A stretch of 64,000 nucleotides of DNA. Source: Octopus sinensis. Taxonomy: Eukaryota. Positions 13,201-25,905 of the stretch are shown here, in pieces. The translations under genes and the position numbers were made by a program. The DNA lies in contig NW_021833885.1 of NCBI RefSeq assembly GCF_006345805.1, positions 1-64,000 on the forward strand. Direction: 5' to 3'. The notes below the pieces were generated by a model that was given only the letters and a program-made list of their open reading frames with translations, was not told the DNA's origin and ran no database searches. The number at the start of each line of letters is the position of its first letter. Within the stretch, counting starts at the first letter, position 1.

Positions 13201-13919
13201 ATGACAACTAAAATCGTCCAAGAGAAAGGAAAAAAACTGAAGTGGAAACGTGATACAGTTGGTAAAACTGTCAATCAGAAGAGTTCATTTCTGCCAGGAG
13301 TGAGGAGGTGTTGCTGTTATAATGGAATAGACCAACTTTCTGTTGAAAGGTGGGAGGGAGAAACTTGTGTGACAGCTTTAACATTTCCATACACAACAAA
13401 CACACGTGTTCGGTCATAAAGTTGTCCTCCTCTTCTTAATGAGGCGTGAGACAAACAACTCTTCATTGTTTTATTCTCTCATAATACACAGGTTACCACT
13501 CTCTCGTTTGCTTTCCTCTTCCTTGCCTTCTTTCCTTTGCTTTCCTTTCTTTCTTTCCTTCTATCTTTCCTTTTCTCTCATTCATTCATTCATTCACTCA
13601 TTCAGTCTTTCTTTCTTTCTTTCCATTTCTAATTCCTGCTTTGACGGATTCAGCATTTACAAACACATACATAAACGCCCCCACACCACGGACACACACA
13701 CGCACACACAACACACACACACACACACATGCACCGCCCCCGTTTACACCACTCACCCACTCACAACCTCTCCTTTTTCTCTCCAAAGTCTCGATTTCCA
13801 TATCTGTTTCTCTGCTGTTTCTCTCTCATTTTCTTTTTACACTGCCTCTTTTTCCATTTATATAATTACGCACACGCATACACATACATGCTCACTACAT
13901 ATGAAAACTTTGCTTCAGT

Positions 13920-14266
13920 CTGGCTACCGTCGAGATGGCTAAAACCCGCATGGTTCTTGGTCTGAAGCATTTGTCTTAAGAAGAAAGGCTGAAGACACTC
14001 GACCTTTATTCTCTAGAAAAACGACGACGCCGATGGTGATCTCATTCTTGCTCACAACATCATAAGCGAAAAGTGTAACCTCTCGAAAGAGCTGTTCTTC
14101 ACTCCTGCTCCAGAGCGTCGGCTGCGGGGTCACTCCGAAAAGCTCTATCTGCGACGATTTCATCTCAATCGAAAGAGAGGGGCTTTCTCCGTCTCGGTTA
14201 CGGATCCGTGGAATAAGCTGCCGGACGAGATAGTGAAGATGCCGACGACCGCTCGGTTCAAAGTCT
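13920..14266 (+). mobile_element. CR1-clade LINE fragment (same family as 7928-8383)
   Basis: High nucleotide identity to the reverse complement of 8056-8383. Confidence 0.88.
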
Positions 14267-14406
14267 TCTTTCAGTTTCCGTCTACCAAATCCACTCACAA
14301 GGCATTGGTCGGCCCGGGGCTATAGCAGAAGACACTTGCCCAAGATGCCACGCAGTGGGACTGAACCCGGAACCATGTGGTTGGTAAGCAAGCTACTTAC
14401 CACACA

Positions 14407-14411
<5 letters not shown>
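14265..14411 (-). mobile_element. SINE family A, 5' part
   Basis: Reverse complement of TGGCTGTGTGGTAAGTAGCTTGCTTACCAACCACATGGTTCCGGGTTCAGTCCC... Joined directly to the CR1 fragment. Confidence 0.88.
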
Positions 14412-14502
<91 letters not shown>

Positions 14503-15235
14503 CACGCGGCCTTGTGGTTAGAGTGTTGCAGTCACGTGTTGGAAGAAATGCCGCTAAGCGTTTAGTCCGGTACGCTAGCTATTCTACCAACGCGCTCATT
14601 ACTAGGAAGATAATAAATACTTATAATTGATGCTATTTTTGAACGACATTCAAATTCTTTCATACGAACGTTTCTATAAGCAAAGAAATCGAAGACTACA
14701 CCTCCGTTGTCATGAGCTAATAAACCCTGAAAGTTTACTTGTTCGGTCAGAGAATAATGTTTGATCACACTGAATATTTTTTACATTATCACCACATAAC
14801 CCTACTGTGTTTATTTCTGACACTTGAAACCTTTGGAAACAATCAAATCGTTTTTATTACTAATATAAAGAGCCTTTCGTTCCTTTTATTGCAGATGTTT
14901 ATTAAATGTTATTGACAGCGACACTAAAAGATCCTCTATGCAGTAACTCTAACCGCTAGAAATAGCCACAAAATTTAGTTATGTGTTTCATAAACAATTA
15001 TTGTCCTTCCAGTCTAGCTGTGTTACAAGTTATGACTGTCGTCTATCATATAGACCTATGTCACAAATCATAGTTGCCCTATCCAGTATAGTTACGTATC
15101 GCAAATTATAACAGCGCCGCTAGTTTACCTATGCATCACAAGTGGCTGCCACAAGTCATAACTGTTTTCTCCAGTCTAGCTGTGTGTCACAAGTGATAGA
15201 TAGTTGTTCTCTACAGCGTCGTTATGTGTCATAGT

Positions 15236-15647
15236 TTACTCTTTTACTCTTTTATTTGTTTCAGTCATTTGACTGCGGCCATACTGGAGCACCACCTTTA
15301 ATCGAGCAACTCGACCCCGGGACTTATTCTTTTGTAAACCCAGTACTTATTCTATCGGTCTCATTTGCCGAACCGCTAAGTAACGGGGACATAAACACAC
15401 CAGCATCGGTCGTCAAGCAATGCTAGGGGGACAAACACAGACACACAAACACAACCACACGCATATATATATATACATATATACGACGGGCTTCTTTCAG
15501 TTTCCGTCTACCAAAATCCACTCACAAGGCTTTGGTCGGCTCGAGGCTATAGTAGAAGACACTTGCCCAAGATGCCACGCAGTGGGACTGAACCCGGAGC
15601 CATGTGGTTGGTAAGCAAGCTACTTACCACACAGCCACTCCTGCGCC
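15236..15647 (-). mobile_element. SINE family A, full length
   Basis: A-box TGGCTGTGTGG, B-box GGTTCAGTCC, CORE-like CTTGGGCAAGTGTCTT, internal (TA)/(TG) tract and (GTAAAAGA)n tail. Confidence 0.92.
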
Positions 15648-15961
15648 TAGATAGCTGTTATAGATAGCTGTTTTCTCCTGTGTAACTGTGTGCCACAAAT
15701 TACAGATAACCATTCTCTCCAACAGCTCTACAACCAGTTAACTGGTTTCTCCATTGTAGTGGTTATATATACATTGTACCCGTCTATGCAGCAATAATAT
15801 CTCTCTTCCACTCCATTTTGGCCCACCACTACACACCAATAAACTTCCACTACATACAATTTCCTCCCTTGCTTACATACCCTTAACCCTACCACTCCCT
15901 CTTTCTCAATTAGCCTATACCCTTTCTACATACCCATAACCCAATAGGCAGAAAATGTGGG

Positions 15962-16188
15962 GTGAGCTGGCAGAATCGTTAGCACGCCGGGCAAAATGCC
16001 CAGCAGTATTTCGTCTGCTGTTACGTTCTGAGTTCAAATTCCGCCGAGGTCGACTTTGCCTTTCATCCTTTCGGGATCGATTAAATAAGTACCAATTACG
16101 CACTGGGGTCGATATAATCGACTTAATCCATTTGTCTGTCCTTGTTTGTCCCTTCTATGTTTAGCCCCTTGTGGGCAATAAAGAAATA
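15962..16188 (+). mobile_element. SINE family B monomer
   Basis: 12-bp TSD AGAAAATGTGGG at 15950-15961 and 16189-16200. Confidence 0.9.
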
Positions 16189-16569
16189 AGAAAATGTGGG
16201 GATGTTGGGGGTCTCTCGGATGAATTGCACCTATGACTGAAAGGGACAGAATGATCATACTCTATCACGCCGATTCCTTCTGAGAATTACATTAAGAGTG
16301 CACGTCCGTGTCGAATATATATTAATCACAGGAATTCATACTATACACATTATAATTCAATGAGCAGATATTTCATTCGATCAAACAGATGGAATACTCA
16401 TCCTCGCAACCGACGAAGGCTCCCATTTAATTAAAGAGATATTATAACATTAACTTGACATCTGACAATCAATAATGGCTCTGTACCTGTGTGTGTGTGT
16501 GTCTGCGCGTGAGAGTGTTTTATGTGTGTATTTATGCGTATGTATGTGAGTTTGTGTGTATACATGCAT

Positions 16570-16779
16570 ATATGTACACACACATACGCTTATATATATA
16601 TATATATATATTTATATAATATATATTATATATATATATATATATTTATTTATATTTCTTTATATATTTTTTAGTTAATTTTTATTTCTATGTATTGGAT
16701 TATGATTTTCACTGTTTGATTTGCCTAATAGTGGTTTTATCTCTTTAAATTTAATATAATAAATATAATATATATATAT

Positions 16780-16812
<33 letters not shown>

Positions 16813-17004
16813 GATAATATATATATATATATTATTACGGAGATGTGCTCGCATAGCAAGTAATTTGATCTGAGATCGTGTGCTGAAACGAAAACATTTG
16901 CAGCGTGGAAGGTGTTTAAGAAACACACAAAAGCCGTTCGATTCACTCATATATATATATATTTATAATATATATATTTATATATATATATTTATATATA
17001 TATA

Positions 17005-17036
<32 letters not shown>

Positions 17037-17086
17037 TTATTTATATATATATATATATTTATTTTTATATATATATATATATATTT

Positions 17087-17148
<62 letters not shown>

Positions 17149-17705
17149 CTCACACTAACTCAGACGCTCACACTCTCACACACGTGCAAACTCATACATA
17201 CAATCACACATATACATACAGCGAATATTTCTCATCTCTCAACACATCCCTCTTACCTGTACCTCTCACCTGCTTCTCTGTTTCTCTCACTGCATCTCTC
17301 CATAACGCTTATCTCTTGATTTATTTCTTCTTCTACAATATCTCTCCATTTCTCTCCCCCTTCGCTCCCCCTCTTTTCCCACCCCTTCTTTGACACAAAT
17401 ATACACACGATCATACAATAATTCTCTCAGTTTATTTATTCCATTCAAATTTTTTTTTCAATAATTCGCAATCGTTTTCTTTTTCCGTATTGCTTCTACT
17501 AAATGGCTCTCACTCTACCTGCTTACCTGCCTTCATTCCTACTACCTATCCACCTACTTAACTATCTGCGTATGTATGCATATATGCACGTATGCGTGTA
17601 TGTATGTATATGAATGTATGCATGCATGCATGTCTGCATGGATGCATCAAGTATATAATAATTATATATATATTTATACATGTATATACAAACATATTAT
17701 ATATC

Positions 17706-17761
<56 letters not shown>

Positions 17762-17969
17762 ATATGATATATGTATGTAATGTATGCATGTATGTATGTA
17801 TATATACCTACACACACTCGTGTACATACATACATATATATATATATAATATATATATGTATATATTATACTCTGTGTAATATATACTATATATATGTAT
17901 TTATACATATAGTATATATATATGTAACTGTATATATACTGTATACATATTATATATATACTCTGTGTA

Positions 17970-18008
<39 letters not shown>

Positions 18009-18360
18009 GTATGTATGTATGCATGATGTATGTATATATACATACAACACACTCGTGTACATAATACATATATATATATATTAGATTATATTTCTATATA
18101 TATATCTGTGTAAATACTATACATATGTATTTACACACATACATACATATGTATGTATATATACTGTATACATATATATATACTCTGTGTATATATTAAT
18201 ATATAATATATATATTATATATATATATGTATATGTATGTATGTATGTATGCTGTATGTAGTATGTATGTATGTATGTATGTATTTGTGTATGTATGTAT
18301 TATGTATGTATGTATGTATGTATGTATTTGTGTAGGTATGTATGTATGTATGTATGTATT
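16570..18360. repeat. Extended (TA)n/(TATG)n microsatellite-rich region
   Basis: Directly visible, and the source of many spurious I/Y-rich ORFs. Confidence 0.9.
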
Positions 18361-19558
18361 CAGGTATGAAAACGTACAGTAAAATTATAAAGTAATTACT
18401 CGCGAGATTTTCTTTTTTATTAAATCCGCATCCAGAGTAAGGCGATGGATGAGGCAATGATGTTTATGGATGAGGGAGTCTGTGATTTTTTTTTTCTCTT
18501 TACTTTTCACCTTGTTGATAATCAGGTGAATGAAAATGAAAAAAAAAAAAAAGGCAGGAAAGTGAGAGAGATGGGGGGGGGGCGATATCAGAGACAAAGG
18601 CTTTAAATAAGCAGCAACATGCGCTCTATTGATAATCAGTGTAATTAAAAATCTGAAAATTAAATAGCACTATAGAAAATGATCTAGCGCCCCATGTTTC
18701 CTTCTATGCAGAGGTTGGATGCGTCAAACTACGATTTTCTACCATTTTGTTGCAAGCATCAATTTGTTCATTCGCTTATTCGTTCGTTCGTTCGTTCGCT
18801 GAGCCATTCACTCTTTCATTCATTCTTGTGTGAGAGGACTTACCATTATTATTATCATGTACAACAAATCTACACGCCAATTTCGAATTAGGATGATGGT
18901 GCTCTGAAAAACGTGTCGTTTCCGCTTTCTTCTTTCATCTATTCTGTTGGCAGTTTAAGTGTTAGCGAAGAAGGGTTTTCAGCGTGCTTTGCACAAAGCT
19001 CACTGAAGTGCAAGTGATGATGGCAGCAATCATTAAAAAAAAAAAAAGCAAGAAAAGAAAAAGAAAGCAGCCTCAGGAGAAGCGACTTCAATGCATTTCA
19101 ACCACTTTCACACCACTGACCGACCCTGCCAGAGGTGACACGCAATGACACAACAACTTATACTTTGATAGCCATCATTACATAACAGCACACGCTATCT
19201 GGTCATTACAACAACTGCATCATCCCCAGAGTGACCACCATCGCAGTATTGCTTTCTTAACAGCTCTACGAATCAAAATATTTTAATACTACATCTGCAA
19301 GTATGCATACATGATAAAATCACATCACTAGTTATGTCCACACTATAATAGCAACCACAAAAAAACCAACAACAAAACTTTATCTCTCAGCCACAATCGT
19401 TGTGATCATTATACTACATCTGTAACTGGACCAGCACTAGAGAAGCTAGCTCTCATTTAGATGCCCTGGTGAAACATTGACTACACCATATTCACTGCAA
19501 GCGCACAAAAGGACATTCCATAATTATATCCTACCGACTTAAAAAACAAAGCCCACTC

Positions 19559-19707
19559 TTATTTACATTATTTACATTCGACGGATATTTGTCCTCGTCG
19601 TGTTTGTTGTTAACACAACGTTTCGGCTGATATACCCTCCAGCCTTCTTCAGGTGTCTTGGGGGAAATTTCGAATCTGGGTTCTCATTCCTAAGGTATTC
19701 TTCGATG

Positions 19708-19764
<57 letters not shown>

Positions 19765-19839
19765 TATTATTATTATTATTATTGTTCAGGTCACTGCTTG
19801 GAATCGATCTCGGAATCTTGGGGTTAGTAGCCCGCGCTC
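19559..19839 (-). mobile_element. tRNA-headed SINE (family K, A-box missing) with an (AAT)n linker and a hammerhead-bearing 3' half
   Basis: Minus strand reads GAGCGCGGGCTACTAACCCCAAGATTCCGAGATCGATTCC (anticodon arm plus B-box-like), then (AAT)n, the hammerhead motif and a (TGTAAATAA)2 tail. Confidence 0.7.
19612..19657 (-). ncRNA. Minimal type-I hammerhead ribozyme motif, canonical core
   Basis: GACAC-CUGAAGA-A-GGCUG-(10 nt)-CAGCC-GAAA-CG-UU-GUGUU. Stem I is 5 bp, stem II is 5 bp, stem III is the palindrome ACGU, and the predicted triplet is GUU. Confidence 0.75.
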
Positions 19840-20337
19840 GTAGGGGTTATATATTTAGTGTTCATTTATCTTAAAGGCTACGAACTGGCAAAATTGGTAC
19901 CGCGTCGGGGAAAATTGTTTATCGGTGTCTCGTTTCTCTTAACATGAGTTCAAATTCCGCCGCTGTCGACTTCCCTTTTTATCCTATCGTGCTCGATAAA
20001 ATAAATATCAATGGAGCACTGAGGTCTATGTCATCGACTCACCCATCCCCTGAAATTGTTGGGCTTATGTCAAAATTTTAAGAGAATGTTTAATTTATTT
20101 CACTATTTAATAAATATATATATGAGATAGCAAGATAGATAAATGGATTGTCCTTCAAATAAATATCTTCTAAACGGTTGGAATAGAACACTGGCACCAA
20201 ATTAAACTGTCTACAACAATTTTCTTATATTCTTTAGGTAAAGATGTTCTCAAAATCCTCTCCAGATTCCTGAGGTATACGTACTTTTGTTCCTTTAGCC
20301 CATTATTCGCACATTTTTTGCATTATTTTGTAATGTA

Positions 20338-20580
20338 CTAGCAATGCATACCGGCGTTGCCCGGGTGCTATGACCTACAGCCACATTGTATTATTTGTTC
20401 CTTTCTTATGAGCAGAATCGGCACACGAGGAGTATGAAGCAAACAACACTTTGTTATAAACATGTTTTCGGTCATTTTCTGTTGAACAACTCTGCAGTTT
20501 CCGCCTAACAGATCCAGTCACAACTTTGTGGTTAGCCTAGGTCTATATTAGAAAACACTCACCCAAGGTATCATGTTCGT
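20338..20580 (-). mobile_element. Helitron-like 3' end (different family; 5' extent uncertain)
   Basis: Minus strand CCCGGGCAACGCCGG hairpin, ~10 nt spacer, then CTAG followed by T. Confidence 0.55.
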
Positions 20581-20585
20581 TCCTT

Positions 20586-20867
20586 CTCAAGCCATGCCTG
20601 GCTCATAAGGGCCGGTTTCCTTGGAGTATAGGTTCCCCACCTGGACGGGACTCCGGTCCGTCGCAGGTGATCTACAAGATGCAGGAGGAAAGAGTGAGAA
20701 AAATTTGTGGCGAAAGAGTCAGCAGAAGTTCGCCACTACATTCTGCCGGAGCCGCGTGGAGCTTAGGTGTTTCGCTCGTAAACACACACATCACCCGGTC
20801 TGAGATTCGAACCCGCGACCCCTCGACCGCGAGTCCGTTATTCTAACCACTAGGCCATGTGCCTCCA
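20586..20867 (-). mobile_element. SINE family D (C-like head, V-domain-like tail), diverged
   Basis: Related to 63591-63895. Contains CCTGCGACGGACCGGAGTCCCGTCCAGG on the minus strand. Confidence 0.75.
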
Positions 20868-21710
20868 CCAAGATATCATGCAGAAGGACTGAACATGGAA
20901 CGATGTTGGTGGGAAGCAAACTTCTCAACCACCCAGTCATTCTTGCACCTAATATGTGTGTGTGTCTACATTTGTTGTTAGATCGAGTATTGTGTCTCAC
21001 TATGTTTCAAGGTTAGCGGATCACCAAGCAGAGATCTATAAAATAAATGCCTGATTGAAATGCGTACTGAGGTCAGTATGATCAATTAAATTTTTGAAGG
21101 TGATACTCCATAATGGCGACAGTCAAAAGACTAAACCCAGTAGAATAATGCTTAAAGACTTAATGGCTTCAGATTTAAGGTAATGGATTACTAACCACAA
21201 GATAATGAGTTCAAAAGTTCATATTGAACTTCCACTCCATACGATAACACTATATGTACATCTCAGTCTACTTGACTTCCAACAATTAACGATTGTAATT
21301 TGAAGTTGAAGGACGTCCAGATTTTAAAAATTATTGTGCAAAATATTCTGAGAAGATGTATATTTTCACCACAACGAAGCACGCACAAAACACAGAGTTG
21401 TGTCTGTGGTAACTGGAACTATTACAAATAGCAGCCAAATCCTTCTTAAAACACACCCTTTCATCAAGAGAATGACACGGATTTAGAATATTTCAGGAAA
21501 AAAAAAGTATGCGATATATGCATACAGGTACCACTTAGTGGAACGTCGGAAAACTGTCTGAACTGTCAACTCCTAAAGAAACAATTACAAGCAGTGTGAT
21601 AATCTATACATAGATTATGTCATAATATATATGTGTACACGTATGCAAACAACAGATATATTTAGACATATGTTATCTCTCTCTCTCCTCTCTCTCTCTC
21701 TCTCTATCTA

Positions 21711-21759
<49 letters not shown>

Positions 21760-21941
21760 AAGGTATATACACAGAATAAACACACACGCACACACATATA
21801 TAAAATTAGACATAAATACATGTATGTATATTATATATAAGAGACATATACACATACTTATATATATATGTATGCATATATATAAGGAGAAAGACTAAGT
21901 ATACATAATATACAATACATATACATGTATACATCATATAC

Positions 21942-21992
<51 letters not shown>

Positions 21993-22033
21993 GTATACAT
22001 ACATACATACACACACACCACACACACATATAT

Positions 22034-22071
<38 letters not shown>

Positions 22072-22350
22072 CGGTGGCCTCATATAGCTCAGTAAAAATG
22101 TAATCTGAACCCAGAGTTGAATGATGAGATTGTCATTACGGTAGAGATAAGGTCCCAACTAGTTAATACTGGCATTAAGCATTCGGTTCAGTTCTCAAGA
22201 GAAAACTAAACAATGCATTCTTACTTCTCCAAGTCCAAACTTTTACTGAAGCACTCGAGTCACCACATCTGCACTAGATTTAACGCGTGTTACACGTCAG
22301 CGTTCAACAGCAGGAACACAACGATTCTCAAGTTGACATGATGATGGCGA

Positions 22351-22384
<34 letters not shown>

Positions 22385-22653
22385 GGTGGTGGTGGTGGTG
22401 GTGGTGATGGCGATGATGATTTAGGGTGCTGGATAATGATAATGATCATACTGTGTAGACAGGTTTTTATACAATTAGGGGGATATGTATAAGCACGCGA
22501 GCTCGACAATAGAAACAAACACACAAAATGACATATGCGCACGTATACGAGTTTCTGTTTAAGTGTATATATGTATGCGCTCCAGCATGGCCACAGCCTT
22601 AGAGGTGAAACATGTAAAATAGTAAAAGAATTTTAAAAAATTACACATACATG

Positions 22654-22822
22654 CGCAGGAGTGGCTGTGTGGTAAGTAGCTTGCTTACCAACCACATGGT
22701 TCCGGGTTCGGTCCCATTGCGTGGCACCTTGGGCAAGTGTCTTCTACTACAGCCTCGGGCCGACCAAAGCCTTGTGAGTGGATTTGGTAGACGGAAACTG
22801 AAAGAAGCCCGTCGTATATATG

Positions 22823-22861
<39 letters not shown>

Positions 22862-23090
22862 TGTGTCTGTGTTTGTCCCTCCCCCCTACATCGCTTGACA
22901 ATCGATGCTGGTGTGATTACGTCCCCGTAACTTAGCGGTTCGGCAAAAGAGACCGATAGAATAAGTACTATGCTTACAAAGAATAAGTCCTGGGGGTCGA
23001 TTTGCTCGACTAAAAGGCAGTGCTCCAGCATGGCCGCAGTCAAATGACTGAAACAAGTAAAAGAGTAAAAGTGAGTAAGAGTACATACGC
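22654..23090 (+). mobile_element. SINE family A, full length
   Basis: Same consensus as 15236-15647. Confidence 0.92.
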
Positions 23091-23099
23091 ACATATCTA

Positions 23100-23150
<51 letters not shown>

Positions 23151-23880
23151 ATGGTTGCCCATTCGCGACGGAGGAAGATCCTTACCAATTGTTGCTCATG
23201 CAAAATGTAAGGAATGCTCGAGCATGAGATTATTGTACCCGCAGTTGGCTTCATCCAGATTCGCACCTGCATCTTCCACGCTTGCTGCAGCGTCCTCCTA
23301 CTCGACCGGTCTTCAGAAAGTTCACCTCACCGACGACTGCGCAGATTAAAGTTTTAGGTTTAATAAGGCTTACACAACACCTTGCAGACATTATTCACTA
23401 TATCAGTATGGTCCAGAAACAAGTGAGGGCAAGATATCCAGTGCCAAATGGGTTGTAGGCTCAGGAATGTGGGACCGCCATGATCTCAGGCGCAAGCAAA
23501 AGATCCCAAAAATGTTCAACACCATTCCCTGCACACCTGGTTTTATATTTGAGTGACCTTTCCCTTGAGACATGCTTTACCAAAAAGGTAAGGGCTGCTT
23601 AACTCCCTGTGTCCTTCATACACGCCGGACACAAAGCTGGAACCTCTGATGGCCAGTTTTAGGGATAGATAGTTGTTGGATTCACACTAGGTCTATCCGT
23701 CTTGTATTTGGTGCAGCCGGTTTTTTAACAATTCTCATCACTGGGCAAGCCTAGAGGGGGTACCGGTTTAGTCGCCGACGGCACGATGATGCAACAGGTT
23801 GTACTGGATACTATGTTATCAGTAGCACTCATAAACTCATAAGAAACTTCACAAGTAACCTAGCATAAGATATACATACA

Positions 23881-23915
<35 letters not shown>

Positions 23916-24848
23916 GTGTGTGTGTGTGTATACATACATATACATATACACACAAACACATACATATGTACACACGCGCACACACATATGTACTGATGCA
24001 AGCACATGTGTGTGTGAGCGTGTGTGTGAGTATGTGAAACAAATTTAAATAAATATTAGCGTGTGGGCGCGAGCGTGAGAATCAAGTATGCGGATTGGTA
24101 TTTGTCAAAGGCAAGAACTCATAAGGGCGTAATTGAAACTAATCAATACCAATTCTTACCGTTTACAAACAGCATTTAAAATACAGACTATAGTAAATAT
24201 TGCAACTACAAAAGAACGCGATGCTTCAATTAAATTCCTTGATCTCTTTTCAAACCGTTCTCAATAGCATTATCGATTCAACAGGAAAGCGTTTGGGAGT
24301 AAGAATCAATAGTAGACGATAAGACTATTTCTCCCTTCCAAGTAGGAGTTTTCTTTCGAAATTGAGTTTGCAAATGATATCTAGAATTTTCTGTCAGTCA
24401 CCCGTGAACGATGCGACCAAAGCAATGTTTAACTAAGCATGCAATTACAGATAGAATACGGCTTGCTGCATCTTCAAGCATGTTAGCATGCAGCATGCAA
24501 CATGCAAAGGAGCATTACGCATGCGAACCACCGATTGCGTTTGAAAGTTAAATTAGAAGGACCCTTGTGACAGAGACTGCGTTGAGTGGTTATATGAAAA
24601 ATAATCGATAAAACTAACTGCAACGTTTATCTAGTCGCTGATATTGATGCGTTTGGCAATATCATTCGTTGGCTTTCAAATGACCGAGCGTGAGAAAGAA
24701 AAAGGAAAGAAGAGAACAGGAATATTATACCAGAACGAAAATGATAGCAGTAGTTTACAAGAAAAAAGAAAGAAAAATTTGTGTGCGGGAGTAATGTGTG
24801 AAATGCAAATTACAATTGACGATAACATTCCTTAATAGATATAGCTGT

Positions 24849-25905
24849 AAGGTGGCGAGCTGGCAGAAACGTTAGCAAACCGGGCTAAATGTTTAGCGGC
24901 ATTTTGTCCGTCTTTACGTTCTGAGTTCAAATTCCGCCGAGGTCGACTTTGCCTTTCATCCTTTCGGGGTCGATAAATTAAGTACCAGTTACGCACTGGG
25001 GTCGATGTAATCGACTTAATCCGTTTGTCTGTCCGTGTTTGTTCCCTCTGTGTTTAGCCCCTTGTGGGTAATAAAGAAATAGGTATTTCGTCTGTCTTTA
25101 CGTTCTGAGTTCAAATTCCGCCGAGGTCGACTTTGCCTTTCATCCTTTCGGGGGTCGATTAAATAAGTACCAGTTACGCATTGGGGTCGACAAAATCGGC
25201 TTAATCCGTTTGTCTGTCCGTGTTTGTCCTCTCTGTGTTTGGCCCCTTGTGGGTAGTAAAGAAATAGAAATAGCTACAATGTGGCGAGCTGGCAGAAACG
25301 TTAGCACGCCGGGCTAAATATTTAGCGGCATTTTGTCCGTCTTTACGTCCTGAGTTCAAATTCTGCCGAGGTCGACTTTGCCTTTCATCCTTTCGGGGTC
25401 GATAAATTAAGTACCAGTTACGCACTGGGGTCGATGTAATCGACTTAATCCCTTTGTCTGTCCTTGTTTGCCCCCTCTATGTTTAGCCCCTTGTGGGCAA
25501 TAAAAAAATAAGAATCGTTAGAACGTCGGGCTTAAATGTTTAACGGTATTTCGTCCGTCTTTATGTTCTGAGTTCAAATTCCGCCGAGGTCGACTTTGCC
25601 TTTCATCCTTTCGGGGGTCGATTAAATAAGTACCAGTTACGCACTGGGGTCGATGTAATCGACTTAATCCTTTGTCTGTCCTTGTTTGCCCCCTCTATGT
25701 TTAGCCCCTTGTGGGTAATAAAGAAATAGGTATTTCGTCCGTCTTTATGTTCTGAGTTCAAATTCCGCCGAGGTCGACTTTGCCTTTCATCCTTTTGGGG
25801 TCGATTATATAAGTACCTACTGAACACTGAGGTCTAACATTTAATACCCCACCTCCGAAACTTTTGGCCTTATGCCAAAATTTGAAATCAATTATTGTAG
25901 TTGTA
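24849..25905 (+). mobile_element. SINE family B tandem array (five cores)
   Basis: Cores at ~24922, 25107, 25351, 25569 and 25753. Units restart at internal GGTATTTCGTC or at head motifs. Confidence 0.9.
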
